Source of the DNA: Picochlorum sp. SENEW3
Lineage: Eukaryota
Direction: 5' to 3'
DNA length: 64,000 nucleotides
Assembly: GCA_034226945.1 (NCBI GenBank)
Contig: CP120457.1
Coordinates: 806,001 to 870,000, forward strand
Position numbers and translations under genes: made by a program. Positions 48,515 through 61,300 of the stretch are shown one piece after another; the stretch's first letter is position 1; each line of letters begins with the position of its first letter. The notes under the pieces are model-generated. The model was given only the letters and a program-made list of their open reading frames with translations. It was not told the DNA's origin and made no database searches.

Positions 48515-50997
48515 ATGTTGCGGACTCGTGTCATACTCGCATTCTTGGCGTCAACCTTTGCCATCGTACATGCAGAATACTTAGTTGGACTAGGTACGAA
48601 ATGTAAAGCATGCAAATGACCATGTAATACAATGATTTGCTCAACACACTGTGTCACGTAGGCAAAGCGGATATCACCGGACCAGTGGTGGACGTCAATA
48701 TGATGGTGCGTGACCTTGCTTATGTACATCTAGTCATTGAATTCGATTATATCTTTGATATTTGTTCCACAGGGGTATGCAAACCCTGAGCAGATTGCTG
48801 GGGGGCTTCACACGAGACTGTATGCAAGGGCTTTAGCTGTTGCATCGAGCCAAGATTCTTCAAACAGAGTAGTTTTCGTCAATCTTGATGCATGTATGGC
48901 ATCTCAAGCTGTTACATTTACTGTCATTGAGAAGCTCAAGGCCAAATATGGAGAGTCGATGTACTCAGAGAGAAATGTTGTTTTGAGTGGGACACATACA
49001 CATTCGGGGCCAGCTGGGTACTTGCAATACCTGGTATATGACATTACAGGTCTTGGTTTTGTTAAGGAAACATTTGATGCTCTTGTTGATGGTATACTGC
49101 TGTCTATATCAAGGGCTCACGAATCCACTCGACCAGGAAGCCTGAGCATACACACTGGAGTCCTTTTGGATGCTAACATCAACAGGAGTCCAACCGCCTA
49201 CCAGGAGAATCCAAAAGAAGAACGAGAAGAATACGAATATAATATTGATAAAGAAATGACGTTGCTGAGAATTAATGATGACGAGGGACATGGCATCGGA
49301 GCATTTTCCTGGTTTGCTGTGCATGGAACCTCTATGAATAACACAAACAGGCTCATCAATGGGGATAATAAGGGAGCCGCATCTCTCATGATGGAAGACA
49401 GTATGGGAAAGGGATTTATATCGGCTTTTTGCCAGGCTAATGTGGGAGACACATCTCCCAATACGCTTGGAGCCTATTGTATTGACACTGGTCTTCCGTG
49501 TGACGCAGTTCACAGCACATGTGATGGCAGAGTTCAAAAGTGCATTGGAAGGGGACCTGGATGGCCAGATGACTTTCGAAGCACGAATATTATAGCTTCA
49601 AAGCAGAAAGAAAAAGCAGAGGAGTTGTTCGGAATTTCTGGTACAAAAGGTGCGAGGATTTAATAGCACTTTGTTGTAGACTGTGACTACTACTAAACCT
49701 GTCATATTCGATTCATTCTTGCAGTTTCTGGTTCTATCCAAAGCGCTCATATATTCTTAGATATGAGAAATATAACTGTCAAGGAATCCTTGTTTACCAG
49801 GGCCGGAAAGACCTGCAAACCTGCAATGGGCTTTTCTTTTGCAGCAGGAACTACAGACGGTCCAGGTGCCTTTGATTTCACCCAGTCTGACACAAATGGA
49901 ACACTATTTTGGAGACTGGTTCGAGACTTTATTACCACTCCAACAAAACAGCAAGAAGACTGTCACAAACCAAAGCCCATCTTGCTAGATGTTGGTGCGT
50001 GAAGCGATTTTGAAATGGCTGCAAAACAGGTGTCTTTTTCAACATGTGTTTTTTGGCATCGTGCAGGAGAAATGCATTATCCATACGAATGGGTTCCTTA
50101 CATTGTTGAAATCAGTATCATGAAAATCGGGAATCTTGTGGTGCTGGCAGTCCCAGGCGAATTCACCACAATGTCTGGTAGAAGGCTGATTAGGGCTGTA
50201 CGAGACAAGGTATGTTGTCCCTTCGACCTAAACTTTACCAATTGTGATTCTCAAATGCAACTGTCTTGCAGGTGGGAGAAGCATGGGGTGAAGATATTCA
50301 TTTCGTCATAGCAGGCCTTAGCAACACGTATTCATCATACATCACAACATTCGAGGAGTACCAGGTTCAGAGATATGAAGGTGGATTTACACTCTTTGGT
50401 CCGCACACCCTCGATGCATACATTCAAGAGTTTAGAACTTTAGCTGATTGTATGATACATGGAAAAAAATGCTCAAAAGGACCAGCGCCGCCCAACATGT
50501 TGGCTGATCAATGGTCTTTGGTCCCCGGAGTTGTTGTTGATGCTACCCCCTTTGGCAAAAACTTTGGTGATGTGTCCAAAGACTTGCAGCAAAAACAGTA
50601 CACCGCCGGAGATATTGTTGCAATAGAATTTCACGCCGCATGCCCCAGAAATAATTTCAGAATGGAGCAAACATACGTGCAAATAGAGAGAAAGATGTCA
50701 AACAAAAATGCCTGGTTTATCCACACATTGCAGAGATTATGGTCATACATCAAAGGTCCTCTGTTCTCCTCAAAAGAATCATGGACTATAGAATACACAG
50801 ATGCCGATTGGGAGACAAAGTTTATCTGGTATAGAAAAGAGTCGCTATCTGCATACTCCTATGCACGGATAGAGTGGCACATTCCAGAGAATGTCATCAA
50901 GGGTACATATAGAATCCGCTACCTTGGTGATCATAAGAATCTTTTAGGTTCCATATCTCCATTTGAAGGAATTTCTCACGAATTTGAAGTGTTGTAA
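48515..50997 (+). CDS. Neutral/alkaline non-lysosomal ceramidase, multi-exon, with signal peptide
   Basis: GKADITGP, GLHTRLYARA, SGTHTHSGPAG, FAVHGTSM, GDNKG, FAAGTTDG, VPGEFTTMSGRRL, EEYQVQRYEG. Confidence 0.95.
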
Positions 50998-51025
50998 ATG
51001 CGTTCTCCACTGGTCAGAAACAGAA

Positions 51026-52381
51026 TTAGGTGTCATGATGATACCCCATGCCCTGAACAGAGGCAGCCCAAACGGATACCTCTGACCTCGTCTGTAACGT
51101 GACAGGTACATTTGCTGGCATGAAAAAGATTTTCCCTTTCTTCATTTCCAACGAACTTCCTTCGTTCCATGACAACGTGCCCTCTCCTGCCTGACAGAAT
51201 GCTATCACAGGGCCAGATGTAGCAGGCAAGGCACATTCCTCTTTGTGCAGTCTCAAGTTCCACACTTCGAACTCATCAAATCCCGATCTATACAGTCCTA
51301 ACTTACCTTCTTGATACGAACTAGCTCTGACAATATCGGGATTTCCTTGCTTATAACTCAGAGAATGACAGAGAATCTTTGTGTCCTTGAACTTTGGAGT
51401 CAGTCCAGCCCGTATCACGTTATCAGATGTTGCCATGCATTCAACAATCTCTCCACTCAAATACGCATGTGGCTCATTTGCATTTAAAACAATACCCTCT
51501 CCTTTCTTCAAACAGACATAATTGAAAAACCATGACGACATGACACCGACATCAAATGGATACTGCTCATGCAACCTCAACACCAAACGTTCCCTTGCAC
51601 TCAGGTCTCTTGTCCGTCCTTCTTCCTCCAACCTCTCCACCATCTTCTTCACAATTTCCGACGATTCGTTCTGTTCCATTGTCATAAGGGCTGTAAACAC
51701 ACGCTTCAATGCAGCACCCTTGTCAGAGGAGGCTGTGTATCCTTCAACAACGTCATCCCCACAACACGCTCGAATCTCTGGAACAGTATCAAAAACCCGT
51801 TTCATCTCATCTTCACTTACAAATCCACACAGTGCCTCAAAGTCAGACAGCGCAATAGCCATCTCTGGCTTGTGATTCGAGTCCTTGTATACTGATGGAT
51901 TACTTGCATGCAGCTTCTCTGCCAAGCGCTTATCAGGATGAGACTGAATCGACAATGCTGTCCGCACAGATAGCACCTTGAATAGAAAAGGTACATCCGA
52001 CACAGCCCCCAATACCTCTGGATTCTTCTCAATAGCCTCCTTCAGTGTCACTCCCTGCTCTTTGACAACCGAAGGACCAGAAGGATGTGTCCCCATCCTA
52101 CACAGTATCATTGTTATTTTTGGAAATCATACCAATGAGAGGTGGAATATTCGACACAAGAACGTACCATAACTCGGCATATGGAAGATCCTTGTCCACA
52201 GGCTGACCAGATGACTCCACCAACTTGGCCACCTATACACCATCAATACGTCATCGCATTCCAATGAAACACATCATATATATTTTATACAAAAATCCAG
52301 TACCTCTGACTCTGATGCCTCCCTCCCCCAGGCGTAGTGCTGAACAACTGCTTGCAACGTCCACGGCCCCCCGATAGCCAT
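51026..52381 (-). CDS. PMI: Mannose-6-phosphate isomerase (type I PMI), 3 exons
   Basis: VQHYAWG, ELWMGTHPSGPS, PFLFKVLSV..ALSIQSHPDK, NHKPEM, EPHAYLSG, SDNVIRAGLTPK. Confidence 0.96.
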
Positions 52382-52711
52382 GATTTCTCACTCTCGTACG
52401 ATACAACAACTACAAATCATTAAAACCTAATTTTTAATAATTCGCTTGATGATGATGATTCATGCATCGCTCATACAGGAATCCTCACACACATGCAGAC
52501 CTTGGACCAGCCAAGCAGTAGCATAGTTATTTACAATTATACCAGCCACTTTGCAACATCAAGATGACTCGTACGCTCTTACATGAAACACTGAAACAGA
52601 CTCGTAGCATTAAACAAACATGACAGCAGTGACCACTGTTTGATTTGTTTCCAAGGGCATGGATGGAAACTCGTTATTTACCAAGAAAAGATTTGACTCT
52701 CAGACAATGCA

Positions 52712-52712
52712 T

Positions 52713-52743
<31 letters not shown>

Positions 52744-52753
52744 TTCTCTCTCT
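52712..52753. repeat. CT/CTCTTT pyrimidine-rich microsatellite (a second tract lies at ~53070-53108)
   Basis: ttctttctctctctttctctttctctttctctttctctctct. Confidence 0.85.
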
Positions 52754-52810
52754 GTGAAACGATAATAGACAAACTCTCAACGACTGGATCGCCGTGATGG
52801 TGGCGATGCA

Positions 52811-53060
52811 TCACTTGGACGCGTTCCGAGCAGTCGCAGAGCTGGTCGACAATCGGTTGCCCTTGGAAGCACCGTTCTTGAGAAGCCATTCCCCACCACT
52901 CCTCCATATCGGAGCCAAGCGTGACACCTGGGAAGCACCTTGTCCTCCAAAATACTGCATACACCGTGGTATACTCGACATAGTATGCAATCTCACGACT
53001 GACATGGACAAACGCGTTGCGTACCTTGGCAATCAAAAGTGTCGTAGCAGCAGTTGTCAT
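52811..53060 (-). CDS. Putative 59-aa microprotein, 2 exons (53060-53025, 52954-52811)
   Basis: MTTAATTLLIAK|YFGGQGASQVSRLAPIWRSGGEWLLKNGASKGNRLSTSSATARNASK; canonical 70-nt GTACGC..TGCAG intron preserves frame. Confidence 0.45.
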
Positions 53061-53349
53061 TGTGTAATCTCTCTTTCCTACTCTCTCTCTCTCACTCACT
53101 CACTCTCTTGTTCAGCAAAAATAAAATTGAATTCAATACCATATGGAGGAGTGAGAGGAGAATGTGTTTCATGGACGAACACGTGGGTCTCGGATGCCGA
53201 GAGGTCCGAGGCCTCGGAGGATCCTCCGCGTCCCACATGAGAATTCGAATATTCGAATTAACAAACTCGTTCGAATTCTTCTTTGATTTGACCATCATGC
53301 GGATGGTGTAATGTATGCTTGGTATACCAGTTGGATACATACAGTAAGA

Positions 53350-54728
53350 TGGATGAATCATCTGATTCATTAAAGAAAGCACGGGCTCTGTTGGAGAGCT
53401 CTCCTCTCCTGCAGCAGGTGGCATTTGCAACAGATGTGGCCTGGACTGGGGAGACGACGGGAGCAACTGATGATGAAGATGATACTGATAGTGTGAGTCT
53501 TGGTGAAGCAGGAGAGGAGATGCGTGATATCGTGCCTGACATTGTGTTATCAAGTGCCGATGCGTCGGTGTTGGAGAGGGTTGAGGGGATTATGGCACGC
53601 ACGTCGACAAATAGGAAGGGAAGAAATAGAGGTAAAAAGGATGGTGGGCGAGCGCGGTTGTTGGAGCGTGGAATGGGGTTGCAGGATTTGGTGGGGAATG
53701 TTGAGGGAAAGTTGGTGGATATGGGTGAAGAGGATCGCCAGCGAGTGTCGTTGGGTTTGGTGCACGTACTTCAGCATGTGTGTCATATGTATCAGCAGCA
53801 GGCGAGCGAGTTTGATTATGGGGGCAAGGTGTTGTTTCATTGGGCTGTGGTTCTGAGTGATATAGCTCGGTTGGTGAGGGATGTGGATGAGCGAATAGAG
53901 TATGCGGTCGCATCGTGTTTAAAGTATGCTGGAGTTGTCTCTATGGAAGGAGATCATGCTCAGGCGTTGAATAATTGGGGGCTTGTAATATGTGATGTGG
54001 CGAATTGTGTGCAAGGAGATGATGTGAAGAGGCGCTTGTATCGAGTTGCCATATCAAGGTTTCGGAAAGCGATACGAATGGATTGCCACAGTGTGGAGAC
54101 TCAGAGTCGATGTTGTTATAATTTAGGGACGGTGATGCATCAGTATGCTGGAATGCACGGTGATGGAGATATGTCGTGGTCGCATGCTGCTCAATATATA
54201 GCAATGTCATATGCATTGGATCCGTCATCAGAGATATTTCGCAGGGCATTAGTTTCCGTACATCAATTCTTACCATTGCCATACATACGGGGCAGCAAAA
54301 TGGTGCACATATTTGATGAATCTTTCGAGAGCAACAGTCAACAGCGGTGGGTAGTTGCTGGGCTGACAATTGATGCATTCCACCTCAGGACTGTACAGCT
54401 GAGTTCAATTGATGTGAAGGCAATTCACGAGACACGTGGAAGCGAAAATAGAATGCAGGGATCAACGCATGCGCCCCCTTTGACGGTTGATGTTGCAGAT
54501 GTCGCTTCCTATTGTCTATGTTGTGATCCTTGGATCCCTTTTGGAAGTGGATTGCATGTTCGGCTGAAGTCCAAGCCGGATGGAATATATATCGCATCAG
54601 AGTCTATGGAAGAAATGCAAGGCTGGAGAGATGTGTTTTGTTTGTTGCAGGTGTTGCACAAATCTAATAATGGCTTACAGAAATTGCAGTCTGTACTAGA
54701 GTCAAATAATAAACTCGATATATTATGA
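53350..54728 (+). CDS. HLB1: HLB1-like TPR protein with C-terminal PH-like domain
   Basis: LFHWAVVLSD, ALNNWGLVI, AISRFRKAI, YNLGTVM, AQYIAMSYALDP, LPLPYIRG follow the plant HLB1 layout. Confidence 0.75.
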
Positions 54729-57700
54729 TAGATCGAAGCTTCCCTGGCCCTCTCGAATGGCAAAGAGAAGCCTTTCTTTGAGAACTTCTTCAGATGAGTA
54801 TGGAGGAAGCTTGACATAATTGGCACATGTCATGACACTGGGCAAGTCTTTGTCAGCCAATTCTTGAATCCTTTCTTCCCGTGATTTGGGGGATTTGGGG
54901 GAAGACTCAGGGAGAGTAGGCATTTTCCTGACCACCGTTAATCTTGGGTTTAGGGATGCGAACCCTCCAAATGGCAATCTTGGAGCTCCGGTCACAAATT
55001 TAAGGAATCTTCTCTGATCCAGTCCATCCAGCTCAGACAGGACATTTACCAGCGATAAGATTTGGGAAGAGTCTGAAGAATATCCATGATCGCATTTTAT
55101 GGAACTTAAAAGAGATGCAGGATTCCAGGTTTGCTTGGGAGCTCCACATGCCATCATCTCTATTTCTTCCTCGTTGAATATTTCAAGCTGGGAGATTGAG
55201 AAAATCTTATCAAATCCAGTCCTGAATGCTTCCATCTGTCGCCGTATACCAGTTCCGATAGTCGCATCGAGCACTTTGTCGACATATTCTGGTGCATTGT
55301 CGGAGGTCACCAAGATATCTCCTCCACCTGGGCAGAGTTCAAACGTCTCATCCCCAGGGAGGACAAAGTACAGGGACAAGTCATCAATGGGTGCTCCATG
55401 GACATAAATTCGTGATTCCTCATGTAGTATACTAGATTGGATCTCCTCAAGCAAATCTGCGAGTTCTGGGGCAATCCCCCAGAGGTCCTGGAAATCAAGG
55501 GAGCCATGAACAACAAGCTTGTAAAATGCAGGAGACAGTGGGATGTCCAACAAGCGATCATCCTGGAGTGCCTTTGCCATTACCTGGCCAAGAAGAGAAA
55601 AGTTCTCCATGATTTTATCGCTGTTACCATCCGAAGTGTCATACTGCAGAGGTCTTGGGAAGAGACCATGGGGGCATTTGACAAGATCTTGGTTTGCTCC
55701 CTTGTGACCATGGACTTCTCCTTCTAATGGGCCTGGTAAATTATTTTTCACCATGGTATCTGTCGGTCTTTCCGGATCTCGCCACATATTTAAGCTTTTG
55801 ATTTGGAACTCGTATGAAAGCAAAGTGTAAAATTCCAAGGTAGGCCCTAACCCAGAGCCCACCTCATTGTAAAACTCCACTTCAAGTCTAGAATTCTTAT
55901 TGGCAAACCGGTCAAAAACTTTTCTTACTGAATTCATCACATGATTTCGCGATATTCGAACCTTCTGCCTAGGAATCTTTGGCATTCTAAATGGCAAATC
56001 ATCGACCACAGACTGATCTTGAGTCATACTGTTCCCTTGCCACAATGTGTCTTCCAATATTGCAAGCATTGTCCTATTCAATCCAAATGCATTGTACCTG
56101 AAAAATTTCTTTCTCAAGTCGAAAGGAAACAGAAATTTCGTCTTATACGGGAGCATATAACACCATTTTGGCAAGGTGCGGGAACAGATCAATAGAGGGT
56201 CCCTTATTTGCTTGGCCAGTTTGGATGATATCTTGGAATTGACCAGCAATGATTTGAGACTTTCCGTTGCCAGTCCTACAAATTGATCTCTATGATGCGT
56301 AGATGCACACATCTTTCTTATTTCATCAAACGCTCTGAGTATTGAAATACTTGGCAGCATACTACTAGGATCGATTCCCAAGGCATCAGCAACACTCTTA
56401 TCTACTGTCCAAGGGCAACCTACAGGAGTCTTTGATATGCGCCGATCTTTGCCTGCATCATGTTTCTTATCATTTTTACTCGCAAGATCTTCAGTGGTAT
56501 TGCTTATTGAAAAGTCTAACTGATGCACCTGTCTCCAAATCCTCTCCATGTCGATGGACAGGTCACTATTGGGATGAACTCCTACAATATCTTCAGATTG
56601 GAGAACCCCAAGAAGCGTATCTGCGACATTCAACTCGTTTCCATTCATCTTCAAGGTAATATGAATCTTGCCTTTATCGTTCAACCATGCTTGGTTTACT
56701 GGACCCCTTGAATTAATTTTCGATTTTGTAATCTCCGAAGGAAGCTCATCATCCTCGCAAGATTCTTTTGATGTCTCCTCCTCCATCATGTCAAAATCAC
56801 CTGGATTCATAAAATAAAGAACATAAACTCTATATTTAAAGGTATATTCTATCATTTGTTTAGAGCATACCTTCCAAATCATCGAGGATTTCGTCTTCGT
56901 CTTCTTCCTCTTGTTCATTTTTGTCCGTGCTGGGAGCTTTGTCTGTTCCCAAATCCATGCCCATACCCGGTTTATACCCCAATTTCTTCGCTCTCGATCT
57001 AGTTATTCTTGTATTTTGACTAGATTCCTCACCAACAGACCTGTCTACGTATTTTTGTGACAGCAATTTCTGAATCTTTGGTCTGATAAACTCTTGCACT
57101 TGACCAACTGTAGCTAATGGCTCGATCAATACAACCCCAGCATCGATTGGGCAATCTTTGTTCAGGCAATGGAGTTTGATCTTTATGGGGGTGCCTAATG
57201 CTTGCACGCCAGTGTAGAAAGGATCAGGACTATCACCCACTGCTTCGTTAGGTGTGCCTGACAAGCCCAAATTGCTCAACAGAATTGATGGAAAACTTGG
57301 GGCACTTTGCAGCACAGAGCGATAGCAGGGAAATTTCTCAGAATGCATTAAAACCTCCTGTAGCATTGTGGTTATTTTCGAAATGGACTCATTTATGCTG
57401 CCATTTTCACCAAGCATGTTGTAGAAGGAGATCAAGCGACTCATCCAATCCTTCTCTTTTGGAGCTGAAATATCATTGCATGCAAGGTATCCCCTCAACG
57501 ACTCAAGTATGTTTGTTTGCTGAATCTCATATGAAGAAACTGAGCGACTAAGAACAAGTGAGACAAATTCTTTCACAGCTTCGTCTCTTGGAAATTTCTT
57601 TCTCAGCTTTTCCAAAATGTTCATTCCTTCAGTTTTCTGGTCTGCACACGAAGTGAATCAATTATGAGAATTGTGAAAACAGATCAATTGACAGCAAACA

Positions 57701-59842
57701 TCATACCAGAAAGCTGAGACTTTTCATCTCTAAAATAGGAAGTGAGGATCTTATCAGCCAACCACAGGTATGCCTCAGCAAGATGTTTGTTGTCTACAGT
57801 CTCTGAATTCTTTATGACCTCCTTGGAACTGTTCATCTCTTGGATGACACCTTCTCTGACAAACGTTTTCTTCAGTTCACGATCTTTCTGAAGCATAGAT
57901 GCTATCAATTTGAGAGATGCGAACGGCCAAAGTTCACCAACTTCCTGGAGGAGTCCCATCAAAAAGTTAGATAAAGGAAGGTCAGCAGCCAATTGAGAGA
58001 CACACGAAGCTGAAGCATAGAAAATGAATTTATCGATTACTGATAGGCACCTCGCCTTGATTTCATGAGAAAAGGAGGAAGTTTCCATGTATAATAAGGC
58101 ATCAACAAAATCTTTTGCAAGCCTGTCAACCAGATCATCATTGCCTTGAAGCACAGTTCTCTTCTCCTCAAAATTCTCTGTTCTTGATGGCAGGATATAT
58201 TCGGCAAATTCATTCTTCATTATTGCTTTCATAGCTCTTTTGTTCTTTGCCTTATTTAGTATACACACATCACTATCCAAAACAGGTGCCATCATGTTGT
58301 CACACAAGGATATCAGAAGAAGCAATTCCTCCGAGCTTCGTGGCTTGAGATACTCATTAGACGAATCATGACTTCGAGATGACATTGCTCGCAATATTCC
58401 TGCGATTGTTTTCATCAGATTAGATTCCAGCAAAGTTTTAGATAGATCTGATGAGCAATATGCACAAGTGGACAGGAGGTGCACTGTTGCATAGAACCTG
58501 CAAGGTTTAACTCCAGGGATTGCCTCGACAGTCTGCACCCAGTTTACGACGGTAAATGAATGTATTCAAATCATACTATTTTGTCAAGATAAATATACAT
58601 ACTGTTTTAATGATGTTTTCAAGCATTGCCTGCGGCAAAATTTCCTCCAATGACCAGTCCAAATGCTGACAGGCATCTGCAATAGATGTTAATGCTTGCA
58701 ATGCCGACAAAGACACTTTATTGTCGGCAGAGGTCGTTAGTTGGGCTAGTGTCGGTACGATAGTTTTCAGGGAAGGCAAAGCTGTTGAGTTCTCCTCAGC
58801 ATCCATGATACATGCACAAACATTGGCAGCAGTGTTCACAGCCACTCGTTGTAAGCCAATCTGAAAGAAGTCCAAAAACGATAGCATTGCTTCAAGCGCA
58901 CCAGCCTCCAGCAATGCCTCAGGGCACGATTGCGATATTTTCCCTAATGCTTGAATGCTCTGCTCTGCAAGATCAATATACTCAATGCATAACAGCTTTT
59001 CACAAAGAATTTGGACACCACCATGACGTGCAATCTGTTCAGAAGATGGTGGATATATATCAGCCAACAAAGTCAACGCTCTGGATGCCATCAACATTAT
59101 TTCAGGAGATCCATTTAGTGAATTTACCAAGAGCGGCACTACTTCATCCACTGGAAATGAAAGCATCGAATCCTCAGATGAGACTGATATAATTTCGCAG
59201 AGCTCTGATAAAGCAGTCATTCTATCGGCCTCGCTCTCTGATTTGAGCAAAACAAGCAAGCTTTTCACCCTGGATGAACTCGGCCCCATGAATGCTGGGG
59301 CAAAGACTTCAAATCCTGACCCTAATTGCCTGAAAAGGTGATGCATTCTGCACAAGTAGACAGGGGTGATTTCATATCGACAGAGCACACACTGTCACAC
59401 AAATCGAACTCACTCTACTCTATCGCGTTCCTCCTCACCAAAACTCTACAGACAGAGACACATGTAAGTAGACTTCAACACAGAGACCCAAGTGTAGTAG
59501 AACCATATCTCAGTACGCCCCACATACCCTATCACCTTCATCCCTTCTGCTCATTTTGCTATTTTTACTATTATCTTTATGTTTATCTACCGAAGGACCA
59601 CTTCGAGTGCCCAGATGTCTCTCCAAAGCCTTTGATTTACCTTTCGCTCTCGAACGTCTTGTTGGCGCCAAAGAGTCTTTCTCTGCAGGTTTAGGCGATT
59701 TATCTTGAGTTTTATATGGTATATCGTTCTCTTCGGTTGATTTGATGTCCTTTCTCCCGGAATGCCCCTCTTCTGTCTTGTTTTGAACGCTCCCTGCTTC
59801 TCGTTTTCTCTTCGAAAACTTGCCTTGCTTATGGTTCTGCAT
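54723..59842 (-). CDS. UPL3: HECT E3 ubiquitin ligase UPL3/UFD4/TRIP12-like, multi-exon
   Basis: ARM region (ALSELCE, LLCIEYIDLAEQSIQAL, FFQIGLQRVAV) and HECT (LEVEFYNEVGSGLGPTLEFY, FVTGAPRLP, LPSVMTCANYVKLPPYSS, EGQGSFDLS). Confidence 0.95.
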
Positions 59843-60041
59843 TACGGTCAAGCATTTCCACTTCCGTTCTATTGTAATATTTAAATGCTTTTGAGTGTCT
59901 TTGCCAGCGAAAGTCCAAGCCGCGTTCTTGTCGGAATCTGTATGACCCATGACTGGGTCGATCATGCATATGAATTCTTATTAATTAGTGTGATATCATC
60001 ATTCCACCATCGATGGCCGGGAGCAATTTGCTATTCTCTCG

Positions 60042-61292
60042 TTACAACTCAAACATTGGTTCACATGGACTTACTATACTCGCCGATGCAATGCATATGT
60101 CGTTGTCGTAGAGGACCACGAATTGCTCAGGTGTGATGGCAAATGCAGGCATTTCAAATTCAAGCACATTGACCCATGTATGATATCCTTCCAATGACCA
60201 ATATTTGCTTTCCTTTGGGACAGGATCGAGAAGAGATCTCGTCTTTAAAACACACTCAGCCTGCTTTTGTCTATATCTAGCTTTGCTCTGGCATGACAGC
60301 GACCCAGTTTCCTCGAATTCTCGCTTATGCGGCTCAGAGAGCCAGTGTACTTCACCAATCAATGCTTTCGTTGTATACAATGCCGGATGATTTCGCCCTC
60401 TGCCAACGTACAATATTCTATTATCTATATCCTTACCCACAACGTACGTCTTATTAGATAAGCCTGCCATTTTTGAGCGTTGACCATATGTGTATCCTAA
60501 TATGTTTGAACAGGTACCGATGGTTTTTCCTGTATCGATATCAACAAATCTCCCTGGTATTGTGTCAATGTAATCTGAAATGAAATCATCAAAAACTCTT
60601 TTTCCAATGAAGCAGATGCCGGTGCTACTCTTTCTCGATGCAGGTGGCAAGCCTTCAGACTCTGCAATACTCCTAACCTCAGCTTTTGTCAGAGTACCAA
60701 GAGGAAATAAAACCTTGCTGAATACAGCAGGATCAATAGAGGCTAAAAAGTAAGTCTGATCTTTATCGTTGTCAACTCCTTGAAGCATAACCGTCGTTGG
60801 TTGATGACCCAAAACACTCCTTTGTGCTATTCGAGCGTAGTGCCCTGTTGCAACCTTGTCAAATCCTCTTGAAGCTGCAAAGTCCAAAAATGCTGAAAAT
60901 TTGATATATTTATTGCAATCCAAATCAGGATTCGGTGTTGCTCCCATCTTGAGCTTGTCCAAAAACTTGGTAAACACATCATCCCAATAGCGTGGGACAA
61001 AGTTTGCCTCCAGCAGCTGAATACCCAGGGATGCACATACTCTGGTTGCCTCTCTAAAATCTTCCTCTATCGAGCAATTTAAATTCCCCTTTTCTTCCGC
61101 TTCATCCCAGTTACGCATAAATACACCGGTGACATTGTATCCTTGTTTCTGCAGGAGGCATGCTGCAACAGCAGAGTCAACTCCGCCCGAGATACCAACA
61201 GCTACCTTAACATCCTCCCGTGTCAAAGGAGAAGAGATAGTTGATGCAAATCTTCTGAAATAACTAGCGAAATTCCTGAATGTCTGAGACAT
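60042..61292 (-). CDS. mnmA: tRNA-specific 2-thiouridylase MnmA/TRMU, organellar
   Basis: VAVGISGGVDSAVAA, MRNWD, TPNPDLDCNKYIKF, ATGHYAR, KDQTYFL, STGICFIG, YTYGQR. Confidence 0.97.
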   Translation of the reverse strand: MSQTFRNFASYFRRFASTISSPLTREDVKVAVGISGGVDSAVAACLLQKQGYNVTGVFMRNWDEAEEKGNLNCSIEEDFREATRVCASLGIQLLEANFVPRYWDDVFTKFLDKLKMGATPNPDLDCNKYIKFSAFLDFAASRGFDKVATGHYARIAQRSVLGHQPTTVMLQGVDNDKDQTYFLASIDPAVFSKVLFPLGTLTKAEVRSIAESEGLPPASRKSSTGICFIGKRVFDDFISDYIDTIPGRFVDIDTGKTIGTCSNILGYTYGQRSKMAGLSNKTYVVGKDIDNRILYVGRGRNHPALYTTKALIGEVHWLSEPHKREFEETGSLSCQSKARYRQKQAECVLKTRSLLDPVPKESKYWSLEGYHTWVNVLEFEMPAFAITPEQFVVLYDNDICIASASIVSPCEPMFEL

Positions 61293-61300
61293 ATCTCTAG

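Noticed and set aside
52674..53240. 141-148-aa unspliced ORFs on both strands
   Set aside because: They run through microsatellites (EKEKER, SLSLTH), and the spliced 59-aa model fits the splice signals better
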